Below are positions 28,701 to 42,698 of a stretch of DNA of 64,000 bases, one piece after another. Position 1 is the stretch's first letter; every line of letters begins with the position of its first letter. The notes under the pieces are model-generated. The model was not told where the DNA came from. It ran no database searches and was given only the letters and a program-made list of their open reading frames with translations. The DNA lies in NCBI GenBank assembly GCA_012295275.1, contig CM022672.1:32054001-32118000 (forward strand). Reading direction: 5' to 3'. Position numbers and translations under genes: made by a program. Source of the DNA: Chrysomallon squamiferum (lineage: Eukaryota; Animalia; Mollusca).

Positions 28701-29473
28701 GAGCTTTGAATAGTTCCTCAAACATAGACTGGAGTTTGCTGTGAGGAATCACTTTATACAAGTTTCTACCGACCTTCCAAGTGGACCTTTTAAAAAACAA
28801 ACATTGTCTCAGTTGTATTAGTATCAGACTTTTTAAAACTGCAGTTTGATTTTAATATTTTGGGCATAAATGCTAACTGATGTAGAATTCCTATTACTAA
28901 ACATGTAAATTATTAATAAAAAATAATTTAATATAATACTTATTATTTTATCATACTGTAGCCAGTGATGTTCAAACTGAAAGTGAACTGATCTGTTTCT
29001 TTCTTTGTTTAATTTTATTTACCTGTTGATTTAATCTCCTCATGATTAATAAATAATAAAAAAATAATAATAAAAATAAAAAATAAAAATAAATAAATAA
29101 ATACAAAAGAACCCACAAAAAACAACAAACAACAACAAAGAGGTAGACTTATAAGAGTTGTTATTCTTATCGTTATTGCTATTGTTATTGTTTTACTGAA
29201 TACACATAATTAAATTCGGTGGAATGGCTCATGTATGTTTGTTCAAAACTGAGCAGGATTAAATACGGCTGTTGGTACTGTCAACACACCAGACACGTGA
29301 AAACGTAATCCTCGACAAACCCCTTACTTTTATTATAAAGAAAAACTGTTGATCTACCTGAGCTCCACACTTGATGTGATATAAACATTCTTCGTACCAT
29401 TGTCAGTACTGAAGTATTTACATCCACAGTTCTGCTCTCAGCGCTGACATTTTTCTCCATCTTGTGCATGTTT

Positions 29474-29720
29474 GGGAAATCCTTTACCTAAACCGATAAA
29501 ACATATCGGTGTTTTCTCGGGTTTAGGTAGGCGTTAATCACTTGTGCATTTGCTGTAACAACAATGTTTTGTTAGTAACTATTCTGTTATGAAACTTCAG
29601 TGACTAACATTTAAACTTGAGCTGTTTATCTATCAGATGTTGTCTACAAGTGGCGAGTTGTTATCAGAATTCAGCCAAGTGGGCGGAGCTACTGATTGCA
29701 GCGTCATCTAAAAATAGACG
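29474..29720 (-). promoter_or_regulatory. Candidate promoter/5' region of gene A
   Basis: GC box GGGCGGAG at ~29681, local CpG enrichment, inverted repeat 29485-29529, GGGAAATCC at 29474, immediately upstream of ATGs at 29469 and 29460. Confidence 0.35.
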
Positions 29721-30150
29721 CAAGCTGGAATTTATACAGGTGGTATTTGATTTAGTATTATTAGTTGTGGGATTGCTAAGAAAAGGATAGCATTGAATTA
29801 ATACGCTTCAGTATTAGTGGTTTAGTAAATAATTTATGGTTAGTAGAACAACATATTATTATATTAATGTTATTTCTAGATATCTGAAAAGTGCGAATGT
29901 CAAGAATCAAATCAAATATTTTGATTGGACAGTTATTTTTGTACAGGGTTTCCCCCATTTCCACTGCAAATGATGTAATTTAAATGAGCTGTCGATCCAT
30001 GTATCCAGCGACGAATTACTCTGTTTATAAATTAAAACGTATTTCCTAAGTGAACAATAAAATAAAATAATTACTACTACTACTACTACTACTACTACTA
30101 TTTAAACAATAAAATGAACATTATAAAAAAACAACAACAACAACAACAAC

Positions 30151-30202
<52 letters not shown>

Positions 30203-30279
30203 ATAATAAAAAATAAATAAATAAAATTAGGATGTTAACAACTTTTGTTTAATATCCGCCATTATAATTATATGTAAAT

Positions 30280-30325
<46 letters not shown>

Positions 30326-30814
30326 CAATAATAACAAAACCACCGACAAACTTACACTGCATTTCAATAACCATTTTAACATAGTTAAAACAAAGTTTTA
30401 TATATTTTTAAGATCTCAACAAACCAACAAACAGTCATGTCAAGTAAATTTCTGACAGAATCTCAGTTTATCTTTGACAGAATCTTCTCAATGTTATCTT
30501 TTAGTATACAATCTTATCTTTGTCCAATTTTTTAATTTTTACATAAATACTAGATTTATCTTTGAGAGTTTATCTTTGTACTAGATTTAGTTTATCTTTG
30601 TACAGTTTCTACTTAATTCTAGATTTAGCTGACAGTCCATGTTTATTTATAAAATTGGTTGTTTTAATTTAATTTAATTTAATTTTTTTGTGTTTGTTTT
30701 CAAAGAAACAATATTTTTCTCAAATGTTTTAATTATTTTTGTCACATAAAGACAATATTAGAAGAAATAATTGTTTTCGCCTGCAACTTAACTTGAACCA
30801 ATATAAACATTTTG

Positions 30815-30958
30815 CTTCACAGGCTACTCTTTCCAGTTAGCAGCAAAGGATCATTAATATGAACCATCCCACAGACAGGGGAGTACATAACATAGTCATT
30901 ATTATACCAGCTGTGAAGACTACCAATTCGAGTTTTCTTGTAAATAGAAAGCTAATTC
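30815..30958 (-). mobile_element. MetaSINE-like SINE fragment
   Basis: Reverse complement aligns with 10443-10583. Confidence 0.7.
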
Positions 30959-31166
30959 ATTAAATATATATGTCCATAACAGCTAACTCTTGTGCACTTC
31001 ATAATAAGCTGTACATGAGTTATCTCCCTTAAATTAACTCATTCATAGATTTCTTTGCTATTAACTGATGGAAACTTCATATTTTCGATACTATCCTCTG
31101 AACTAATCCTTTCATTCTTACTTTTAGTGCTTTTATTTAAAATAAAACAATTCCTTCATTTTAATG

Positions 31167-31239
<73 letters not shown>

Positions 31240-31244
31240 ATGAA

Positions 31245-31678
31245 TGACTGACTGACATCACTTGTTTTGTTTTATACTAAACAAATATTCTGTAATGATT
31301 AGAATGTAGCTTTCAGGCGCCCTACACGTAACCCACCTATCAACAGCAAAAATACCTATATTTATATTTTACACTGTATAAATAAAAAGAAACACAATAC
31401 TAATTAATTGATCTACATATCGTTAGACAGTGGTTAGAACGGACTGCATTCAGGTTAAATAAGTGGATTTTTTTCTGTACTTACATATTATGTCTCTATG
31501 GTGCCAGAAGCCTTTATTTTTATAAACATTATTCCTGCTACGGATATACATGTAACGTGAGGCTTTTTAAAGATAAAAAATATGTTCTAGACCCGAATAT
31601 AAAATGTTTCTTACCATCTGGTGTATGGAAGGTGCCACTAGAGGATGTAATAATATTATCTCATATAACTTTTATTAC

Positions 31679-31757
<79 letters not shown>

Positions 31758-32549
31758 CATTATTATTTACGAGTTTGTTGGTTGGTTGTCTTTATCGTGT
31801 TTTTTGAAATTATTTATCTTCTCACAATGCTGACAAATGTAAATAATTTCTTATTTTCACGGGCTATTTCTACACTTATGAGCAGATAGTGTATTAACAA
31901 TGAATTTGTTAGATCGCTGTAAATAACACCCGAGTATACCTTTGTGTGTCTCGTGTAGCAGTGACACGGTATATATGACATACATAGCAAGCAAACAGTG
32001 AGTGTTAGATGACATTCATATGCTGGTCATGCAAGCCTCGTCAGAGAAATAAGAATCTACACTTATATTTAGTATAATGTAAACAATATTTCTTGTTATT
32101 ATTACAGTATTTTTTTTTTTTGGTTGTTGTTGCTGTTATTGTTGTTATTGTTATTATTATTGTTATTATTTCTCTCTTGTTGCTGTTATTATTATAACTG
32201 TGTGATGCATTGCATAAAATTTTCTGTTCACTGATATGAAGTATGTTCTTTGACCCCCTCTCTCATTAACACATACAAAGATCAAAACATAATAACTGAT
32301 GTGTCAAAAACATGACTAGATACGAAACTGGATACCTCACCTGAGGTATGTGGACGAGTATTGTAAAGCCCGGTGGTAAAATCATATTTGGCCTTTTCTC
32401 TTCTGTGCACGCTCGAGTTAGTTTGAGCAAGGGACTGATTCACTATAATTACAGCGGAGAAGAACAGGGCCGGTACTGAGTCTTCAGTGTTTTCAGGATG
32501 ATGAATAAAACGATATATATTTTGTTTCATTGTCTTTTATTTTTCTTGT

Positions 32550-32600
<51 letters not shown>

Positions 32601-34330
32601 TATGTTAGATTTGATTTCAGTTCTGTAACACTTCGTTACCTATGTGCAGAGAGATATGATGTTTGCAGTGCTAAAATTATTTATTTTGACGTCTTGTTTC
32701 TAAAATAGCTTCCCAATCACTTTCACACATATATACATGCGTTTAAACGTAACAACAACTTCTACATACGTGGGTGTATATGGCTGTGTGTGTTTAAATA
32801 CAATATATAAATATATTTTTAAATATCGCCTTTGTCATTGATACGAGCAAAGAAGGCAAAGAAATGCTACACATCACTGCATAAATGAGATATATACTTA
32901 TCATACTCTTGACTTGATGTTGATAATAAGTTAGGTAAAACATAGATATAAATATATAAATAACTAAATAAATAAATAAATAAATAAATAATAAAGAAGT
33001 AAGATCAAGGGAACTGGTATGCTAAGATAAAGAAAACAAAAGAAATACCCGAGATATTAAAAACGTGATGTATATTAAATTTGATACCTCACTGCAGATC
33101 TTAGACACGTGATTTAGAGAATGCGTTAGAGATTATTATTTGTCTTTCGTTTACTGTGCACGTTCAAGTTAGTTTGAACAAGGGAGTGATTCAGAGTAAT
33201 ATAATAGGAGGGTGATAGGGCCAGTACTGAGATTTGTAGAAATAATGGTGACAAATCAACTTGAGAAAGATAGTTGGAAATTCAGCAACGCTGAAAACAT
33301 TATAATATTAAATGTCTTGACATTTTCTTAGATCGAGAAATAATGTTAATGAAATAGTCATTAAAATAACTTTACATAACGTTTATACTACTATGATCGC
33401 ACTGAAAGTTTTGTGATAAAACTGTAAAATATGACCGGTTACATAATGAATTAATTGTTTAATGAACTTCATGGCTATACTGTTATTACTATTACTTCCA
33501 ATAGTATATAATTATCTTATTAATTAATGATGTTGTACTTGAATACTTGTTTTGTTTTATACGAGACAAAAATTCTGTAATGATTAGAATGTTGCTTACA
33601 TGCGCCCTACACGTTACGAACATATCAGTAGTAACAAAACTATATTTATGTTTTACACTGTGTGAATAAAAAGAAATACAACTATAATGTTTTGATCCAC
33701 CTGTTAGAACGGACTGCACTTAGGTTAAATAAGAAGACTCTTATATATTCATAATTTTTTTTTTACAGGTTATGTCTCTAGGGTGCCTCAAGCCGTTATT
33801 TTTGCAATTTTTTTTTTGTTGTTGCTGTTACTGTTCTTATTGTGATTATTATTGTTATTATTTCTTTTTTGTTTCTGTTATTATTATTACTATTACTGTT
33901 ATTATTGTTGTTGTTGTTGATGTTATTATTATTATTGTTTTTATTATTATTATTACTGTGTGACACATTGTATAAAATGTTCTGATCACAGATATGAAGG
34001 ATGTTCTTTGACCTCCTCTCTCATTAATACATACAAAGAACAAAACATAATAACTTATATCTCAAAAAACGTGACTAGATACCAATCTGGAGACGTCACT
34101 AGAAGTCTGTAGTCGCATGTTTCAAACCGCGGTGTTAGAAATCATATTTCATATTTTGTGTTCTGTGCACGCTCGAGTTAGTTTCAACAAGCGACTGGTT
34201 CAACAGAATCACAGTTGAGCGGAACAAGGCCGGTACTGAGACTTCAGTATTTTTAGGATTATGAAGAAAACGACATATGTTTTGTTTGATTTTCTTTTGT
34301 TTGTTTGTTTATTTATTTATTTATTTTTTT
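31245..34330. repeat. Diverged local duplication (31245-32600 vs 33530-34330, with a third partial copy ~33150-33240)
   Basis: Shared blocks ACTTGTTTTGTTTTATAC...GCGCCCTACACGT and GTGCACGCTCGAGTTAGTTT...GGCCGGTACTGAG. Confidence 0.85.
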
Positions 34331-34458
34331 TCATTTATTTACATCTAAATATGCGTGTATGTGTGTGTGTTCCCTGTCTCATTCATACGAGCAAACATTG
34401 ATTTGATGTTGATAATAACTAAAGAAAAACATAGAAACAGATAAGGAAATAGAAAAAA

Positions 34459-34501
<43 letters not shown>

Positions 34502-35722
34502 ATATAGAAGTAAGAGCAAGAGAACTAGTAGGATAAAAAAGGGAAAAAAAAAAAAAAAAAAAAAAAAAAAAGGTGTACAAAGGTGATTTTGAAACAGCAT
34601 CTGGAAATAGCTACCAGTACAGTATGGGTTAAGGGGTGGTTTCTCCCCTATCGACCAATTTGCTTTATGATGTAGTCATAGTAACTGAACTCGGTCCTTA
34701 AATGATGAATGACGACATTTGCATTCTTTCTTATGAATATATAATGATGTAATATCATAATTTTAATGGTTTATTTATTTATTTATTTATTTATTTTAAA
34801 TAGAATGAAATAAATCTACGTAACATAGAGAAGAAATAAATATTATTATTTAACTACTATTGCGTATACGTGACTAAAAACATGTAATCATTTTGGATCT
34901 TCTTTCTTTTTTATTCGTACAGTTTATTTATATACCTTACGAAAGGACCTCATACCGCCAGTTCATTATTCAAGTTTAAACAAGGTATAATTTTGGCGGG
35001 TATAGAGATTATCTTTCTCTGTTCTACGAACCAACTGTTATGTCCATTATTACTACATGTAAGATAAATAGTAAGCAGCATTTTATAAATTTAATAAGTG
35101 CAGAAACTATGTTGACTTGCTTTTTTATTTTTCTTCCTGTTTACTGTACCACAAGAACTTAAAATTTCACGATCAATTTTTTTCTCAGAAGAAAGAAAAG
35201 TACAGACATTTTCAAAGCTTTCATCCCTTCTTTGTCAGAATTGATATGTTCCACTCACAGAGTGTTGTCTGTCATAACCGGCTTTCCCGCACTCACAATT
35301 GACATTGCAGACTAATAGACGAGCATTTTTCTCCCGGTGTTAATTTTTTCATTTCTTAAGACAAAGGTAAGGAAACTTTATTATTCTTCTTCTTCTTCTT
35401 TTATTATTATTATTATTATTGTTGTTGTTGTTGTTGTTGTTGTCGTCGTCGTCGTTCCTCCTCTAAGATATTTTAAAAATAAACTAGTAATTAGGTTTTG
35501 TTCTTTATAAAAAGTCTGTTCATAATTTGTTTGTGTTATACTCACTGGTTAGACTGGAGGGTGGGTGTCCTCCCATCTAGCCAAACACCTAACCAAATCA
35601 GTCTATTACAACAACATTGGGTTGTGGCTAGGTGTGAGTTGGGTTCAGTGGGATTAACTATGGTCAGTCTGTTCTATTCGTGTTATAGTCTGTATCAAGT
35701 ATCTTCATTTCGACGATAAAAA

Positions 35723-36290
35723 CATATTGCACTTACGATATAATATGTATCTATTAGTAATAATAATATTTATTAATACACGTGAGTATCTTCATTTCTA
35801 CACTGACACAAATGATTTATTTTTATTATGTTAACGAAACATATTGCACTTACGATATAATATGTATCTATTAGTAATAATAATATTTATTAATACACGT
35901 AAACAATTCAGAAGTTAGTGTAGAATGAAGCTGAATCGGCATACTCCTAAGTGGGCATGTGTCCCTGTTGAAAACGGAGTTTCAGATTCTGAAGTTTGTT
36001 TTCAATATTACGATACTTTTTCTTATATTTCCGTCGACCACTGGCTGCAAGTTGTAAATTGCTGTTTCGTTTTTGGTCTGCAGGTTCTTTATAGCGGTGA
36101 TCAGTTTCTAAATGTGGCGACTTCACTAGATTGTTCAGTTTATGAAGACATAATATCATTATGACATTGTACCTTTTTCTTAACATGTTTGGCATCCATT
36201 AAAATCATACTGCATTTACGATATAATACGTGTGGGTAAGTGACACATGACTTGTACATCTATTAGTAATAATAACCTTTATTAATACAC
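35723..36290. repeat. ~61-bp direct repeat (35723-35783, 35840-35900; diverged copy ~36210-36290)
   Basis: CATATTGCACTTACGATATAATATGTATCTATTAGTAATAATAATATTTATTAATACACGT is repeated. Confidence 0.85.
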
Positions 36291-36332
36291 TGTTCTTAAA
36301 AGTAATATTAGTAATATAAGCCATACTATTAC

Positions 36333-36570
36333 CTGATAGCTCTTCCTCATAAATGGTAGGGGTACAGGAGTGACTTCTTCTCTAGTTCTCTTCTTCATCT
36401 TGTTCAAAAGCTTGGAAATATCAACTGACTTATGGTCACTAGCATGGTTTGTCGCAGACCTATCTTACATACTACACTGTTCTGAGTGGTTGCTGTTGCA
36501 GGGAAACCTCTCATGTGATGGATACAACGCCAGTAAGTGGTATCTTTATATCTGGATTTTAAACTGTACA
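36333..36570 (-). mobile_element. MULE/Mutator transposase N-terminal relic (FLYWCH exon)
   Basis: YSLKSRYKDTTYWRCIHHMRG.PATATT...NHASD...MKKRTREEVTPV.TIYEEELS, ending at a GT donor. This is a typical FLYWCH + helix of animal MULE transposases, with frameshifts. Confidence 0.65.
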
Positions 36571-37136
36571 CGACTATCTGTTCACTGAATGACGTCTAGT
36601 CATTTTGCGGCATTCTGTTCACTCATATACTCATATATACTCATCAGTATACCTACCAAAGTAGTGTTATCTACTGAGCTATATCCACTTAATATAAAGA
36701 ACGGACCATAGCCCTTAATACCACTTTACTATGAAAACATTTGGCTCAGGTATCCCAACATCATTTTGGCTATTCTGGACACAGATTTGTGAACCGGAGG
36801 GTGTGGCTCAGTTGTCAGAGGAAAGTAGTGTCTGCCAATTAGAGCGCTTACTTCAAATCAGTAGTCTACGTGTGAGAGAGGGACACAGGGTGTGCAGGGT
36901 GAATTTGGAGTAAATAAGGTACAATGCTTCAAGACTCATCTCCTTGTACATATAATACATGTAATCTCACTTGACTTCTTTCAAAGCATTGAAGTCAGTG
37001 CAAGCTTTTTGTTACGTTTTCCTCCCTAACATTTATACATATAATTATATTAAGCTTATGTAATTGCCTTTTACACAGATTGTTAAAACTGAATGTTTTA
37101 AAGTTAATAAAATAGTAAATATTTTTATTTTGTTTT

Positions 37137-37305
<169 letters not shown>

Positions 37306-37413
37306 CACACACACACACCATATACCAGAAACGAGAACATTTCTATCCCCTTATCTGTAAAATGGAAATGCGGTTAATTTTAGCCACACACTCCACTGCA
37401 GACGAAACAAATA

Positions 37414-37995
37414 CAGGGAGTCCCAAAACTAACCGAACCGCAAACTTAAATAAAATTAGACATTAAAAATAACAAATGTAATTCCATCTTTTATGTCATT
37501 TTATGTTATCTTTTGTACTATTCATTTACTTCTGTCAGTACTAGTCTTTGGAATGATTTTTGTTACCTGATTGTAGTGTTCTTCGTGATCAAGACTTCTG
37601 TTTCAACAAGCGCTACTGGACTCTCCATTGTTTGACTTGAAATGGTGCCCTCACTCTTAAAAATTCAGCGAAGAACTTTAAATTTAAATGAACATATCTT
37701 CGATATTAAGAATTACTATGCAATGACTAGCTATAAGCATGTTAAAGAAAGATGGAAGTAAACTTTAGAATACCTGTACCAGTAAATTGACAATGTTCAA
37801 TCTTGGAACCAAATTTGAAGTAACTGGAAGTCTGTCAAATGCTCCTAAAAAAGATCGTCCAAAAACTGTGATTGTATTGAAGTTCAAGGTAGACGTTTTG
37901 AACATTTGTAAATACTAAATATAGGGATTAAATTTGTTGTTTTTAATATCTTATTTTATTTAAGTTTGCGGTTCGGTTACTTTTGGGACACCCTG
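37414..37995. mobile_element. Tc1/mariner-type MITE with ~70-bp TIRs
   Basis: TA|CAGGGAGTCCCAAAACTAACCGAACCGCAAACTTAAATAAAAT... pairs with ...ATTTTATTTAAGTTTGCGGTTCGGTTACTTTTGGGACACCCTG; the right TA is mutated to TT. Confidence 0.85.
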
Positions 37996-38619
37996 TTTTC
38001 TGCTAAAAACGACATATGAATATGAAAAACAAAATTGTTGTATATATATAAAACAGTATCACTGCATGCGTAAATAAACACATGAAATGGTGAATTTCTA
38101 TTTTTTTCTAAAACTAAGATTGATGACCTGACTGATAGTGGTTAACTGTTAGTGACTGGCTTGTCTCAGTTGATTGAAGCACAACCTTTTTTAACAGTCC
38201 CGAGTGGCTGTCCTTGTCAGAACATTTTGCGTGTTTGGTATATTTTCCTGAGGTGGTCTTACTGGGGCCAAGCTCCTCAGTGAACGGCAGTGTTGTTGGA
38301 TTCTCAGAATCTGAAGATACCTAAATTGATTTCACTGTTTTTTCTATGTCGCTTAGCCCTATCTTTTATTTTTATAGGCGAATGATTTGCAACTGAATTT
38401 ATTCATGCACCAAGCCTATGGCTGTATTATTATTATTTATACATCTTCGGGAACGTCTCCAGCTTGGACCTCTAAGCCTAAACCTATGGTTTCGTTGAAA
38501 GGGAGGCTCTTATGCTAGCATGCAGGCATGATAATTTTCAGGATTTTGCCAGATTTCTGGTTGTATCAAGGACTATTTTCCTGTTTCTGCCGATGGTTGT
38601 TTGCTTCAAGGAGTGAATA

Positions 38620-38663
<44 letters not shown>

Positions 38664-39168
38664 AAAAAAAAACTTATTAAAATATCAAAAATGTACACTT
38701 ACATTTTTACCGACAAAGTATAAAAGGATTAATCTAATCCTCTCGCCTAATTTCGGTTCGAATAAATTTTGCTGAAGCGAACACGTGTTTGAAGCACATT
38801 GTAAAAACTGACTACATTATGTTAGGTAGATACAGAAGAAGGCATCTGCAGTTGCGCTATGAATGGTTAATTACTTGCAAAGAAGGAAATATTAATGACT
38901 TGCAAAGGAGCACGTGCGCATGCGCCAGTTGCAAAAATTTCGATCAAAAAAAGGATCGTTCGCCGGCCAAACTAGCAATTCCTTTATGTATCGCAAAAGG
39001 TGATAATTACTGTTAACAGTGTCGTTACCGCTGTTGTTGTGATTTTAGTATAACTGCTGTTCTCCCAGCTGTTGTTATGGGAGTAGTAGCTGTTGTTGTT
39101 ATATTACAGATAAGAATCTGCTCACTACTCAACTTTACAAAGAAGTAACAATGTATTTATCTTATTTC

Positions 39169-39272
<104 letters not shown>

Positions 39273-39387
39273 CAGAACAAATACATAAAACATATCTTGT
39301 TACACAGTCTACCTAATTACGGTTTTTCTTGTAAGTGGGAAATATTTCTATACTGTTGTTGTTATCATCATTATTATGATTATTATG

Positions 39388-39457
<70 letters not shown>

Positions 39458-40735
39458 GTATTATTTTGCAGATAACACTGATTCGGAACACTTGTATATA
39501 TCTTTATATTAAAACGTAAGAGAAATTTTGTATTTATTTACATTTTTAATAGTTTCAGTATTGCAGTACTATTAGTAGTAGTAGCTTTAGTTGTAGTATC
39601 AATATAAGTAATAATATTGTAACAGTAGAAGTAGTAGCAGTGTACTAGTAGTCGTGCTAGTAGTGCTGGTAGCAGTAGTAATAGTAGTGGAACAAGTACA
39701 TGTTTTTTGAGGGTAATGATAGTAGTATGGTAACAACAGCTGCAATAATAATGGTAGTAGCAAGAGTCATAACAGTAGCAGTAGTAGAAGTGGAAGTTGT
39801 TGTTGATGTTATAGAACTAATAAGATAGTAGTAGCTGTTGGAAATTGTGCACCTGTACAACTTGTTGTTATGGTGGTATTCGTAAGAGTAATTTATTTCG
39901 TGTATGGTGATGGAATACAGACCATAACGCCATTTCATTTATTAGATTTAATATGTCCACAAACAAGTTAATAAATAAAGTTAATTAATTAAATATGATG
40001 AAATAATTACTACAACTACTGCTATTACTACTACTATTGTTGCTGCAGTTGCTGCTAATGCTAATATTTTCAATATCACTACTGCTACAGCTAGCACCAC
40101 TTCAAATGGTATAAGGAACACTTTTACTAGTGTTCTTACTAGTATTACAGTTTTTCCTAGTTCTGTTGTCTTTATGTGTGTGAGTGTGTGTGTGTGTGTC
40201 AGATACATATATCAATATAGTGAGGGCTTGTTTCCTTAACGTTCCTTAACAGAACGCCTACGTCATTAAGCCATGTAGGTTCATCTATGGCATCCTGTGT
40301 AAACAACGAAAGTCAAGTGTGTTGTTCAAGGTTCTGAAAGAGTTCCTGTGATATGACAGACGTCAGGGAAGACAATCCCAATTGTTAGAGTTCATGGCAA
40401 CAGTTGTCCACGCATTCTCGTTATTTTCATAAAATGTAAATAATTTCATATTTTTACGGTTTATTTCTAAACTGATGGCACATAGTGTATTAACAATGAA
40501 TTTGCCAGATCGCTGTAAATAACACCCGAGTACACCTTTGTGTGTCTCGTGTAGCAGTGACACGATACTTTTATATGACCTACATAACAAACAAAAGTCA
40601 GTGTTTGATTACATTCACATACTGGTCATGCAAGCTTCGTCAGAGAAATAAAACATGTACATATTTCTTATTAATGTTGCTGTTGATGTTGTGTTGTTGC
40701 TGCTGCTATTGTGATTGTTGTTTTTGTTGTTATTG

Positions 40736-40776
<41 letters not shown>

Positions 40777-40946
40777 ACCTTTATAACTTACGTATAAACA
40801 ATGCAATCTAGCAGTACTTAATCTACAGAGTTAGAATTAAAGTTATCTTTTGTAAAGAAGATGTATGTAAGATGAGTATACAAATATCTCGTAAAATGAT
40901 TTGTTTAGTTTAATCTGAGACTGAAACCTAACAAAGTGACACTTTG

Positions 40947-40990
40947 TGACGTATAAGATATTTGACGTCAGTCGCATGTTTATCAGTGAA
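40947..40990 (+). promoter_or_regulatory. Candidate core promoter of the BTB-BACK-PHR gene
   Basis: TGACG abutting TATAAG (40952), CRE TGACGTCA 40963-40970, Inr-like TCAGT at 40983, about 31 nt after the TATA-like box. Confidence 0.4.
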
Positions 40991-41354
40991 GCGTTTGATA
41001 ACTAAAAGAACACAAAGCAGAAGTGAAACTAGTCGGCCATATTGAAAGTGTATGATATCTTATATTTTATTATGTTTGAACGATTCCGGTGTTCTTAATT
41101 TATTGCTAAATATATCAGAATTAGTTCTTTAACAAATAGATTATTTAAGTGTGAGTTTTTTTTAAACTTAAGATTACGTATAACATGACTTTACTAAAGT
41201 CTTTAATATGATACTACTACTACTACTATTTCTACTATTAGTACTACTACTACTACCCTGCTGTTGCCCTTATTATCATTATTTTTTTAATTGACGTATT
41301 TTACTATATATTTTATTTTATTTTATTTTATTTTATTTTTTCATTTATTCTTAG

Positions 41355-41911
41355 ATCGGTGATATCTGTGAATTACAGTTGAGTCGAAAGACAGAAAATA
41401 ATCTCATAAGAAATCGTCGATCAGGAAGTTCAAATTACAAGGTATTTTGTATTGTTTCCTACTTTAAAAACATCACATCTTGTTCCTTTATTTTTCTTAC
41501 TTCTTCTTCTTTTTTCTTATACACTGTTTCTTTTTAGATTTGTTATTGTCGGTTAATTATGTTGTCTTTTCTAGGAGTAAAATGGTATATAAATCACTGT
41601 ATGTACATTGCGATTTGAAAATCGTTTGTGCCGCAGTGAAATATTTTTTATCTGACTGTTCCAGACATGTCTGTGTATAATAATAATAACAATTATAATA
41701 ATAATTATTGTTGATGTCGTCATCATGATAATCACTAATGTAAGCATAATGTACTTCTTTCTATCTTTTATCGATTCGGTATATATTTATCTGAATTTTT
41801 TTCTTTCTTTCACTATCTTTTATTTATTTGTTTATTTTTAGATCTCTGATCGCAGTATTGAACAGTACATGCTTTAAACAGAAAGTAGCCGCTTCTTAGA
41901 AATTATCTTAG
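41355..41911 (+). other. Two candidate non-coding 5'UTR exons (41355-41441, 41842-41911) of the BTB gene
   Basis: Each has a T-rich tract + AG acceptor and a G|GT donor. A further acceptor TTTACAG at 42368 lies 7 nt before the ATG. Confidence 0.5.
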
Positions 41912-42170
41912 GTTAATTATTTCTTTACATGAAACTGTTTGTTTGAAAGATTTCCGTGTACAGGTCATAGCTAGAAATAAATATAGAAACCTGGTCACTG
42001 CAGTGCGAGGCGCTGCAACAGAACTCTGACCTGTACACAGAAACATGTTAAAATTATATTTAGTATGAGGTTATTATTATTATAATTATTATTATTATTA
42101 TTATTGTTATTTATTATTATTATTATTATTATTATTGTTTCCGTTCTTATTATTATTTTTCTCTATTCCA

Positions 42171-42204
<34 letters not shown>

Positions 42205-42316
42205 GTTATTATTATTATTATTATTATTAATTAATAATTTTTTTTTTTTATTAGCAATAACAACTGTTACAGTCTGTGTCCGAATAATGTCTTTTTCTTT
42301 TTCTCTCCCCATTCCA

Positions 42317-42359
<43 letters not shown>

Positions 42360-42375
42360 TGTTTACAGTGAAAAC

Positions 42376-42638
42376 ATGGCCACCGCAGCAGAAGTTTCAA
42401 GCTGGCAGACTGGGAAAAAACTGACGGAGTGTATTGAACACGTTTTTCGTACGAGAACAGACAGCGACGTCAGATTTGTTGTTGGGGAAGAAGAAAAAAC
42501 TGTGGATGCACATCGCTTCATCCTTATGATACGAAGCGAAGTCTTTCACAGGATACTGATGGGAGAATTTCGCGAACAAAACAGCATCCTTTTGCCTGAT
42601 GTGCAGGCAGATATTTTCACAGAGTTTTTAAAGTATGT

Positions 42639-42698
<60 letters not shown>

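Noticed and set aside
35925-36195. Overlapping ORFs on both strands
   Set aside because: No motif recognised; probably TE debris next to the MULE relic.
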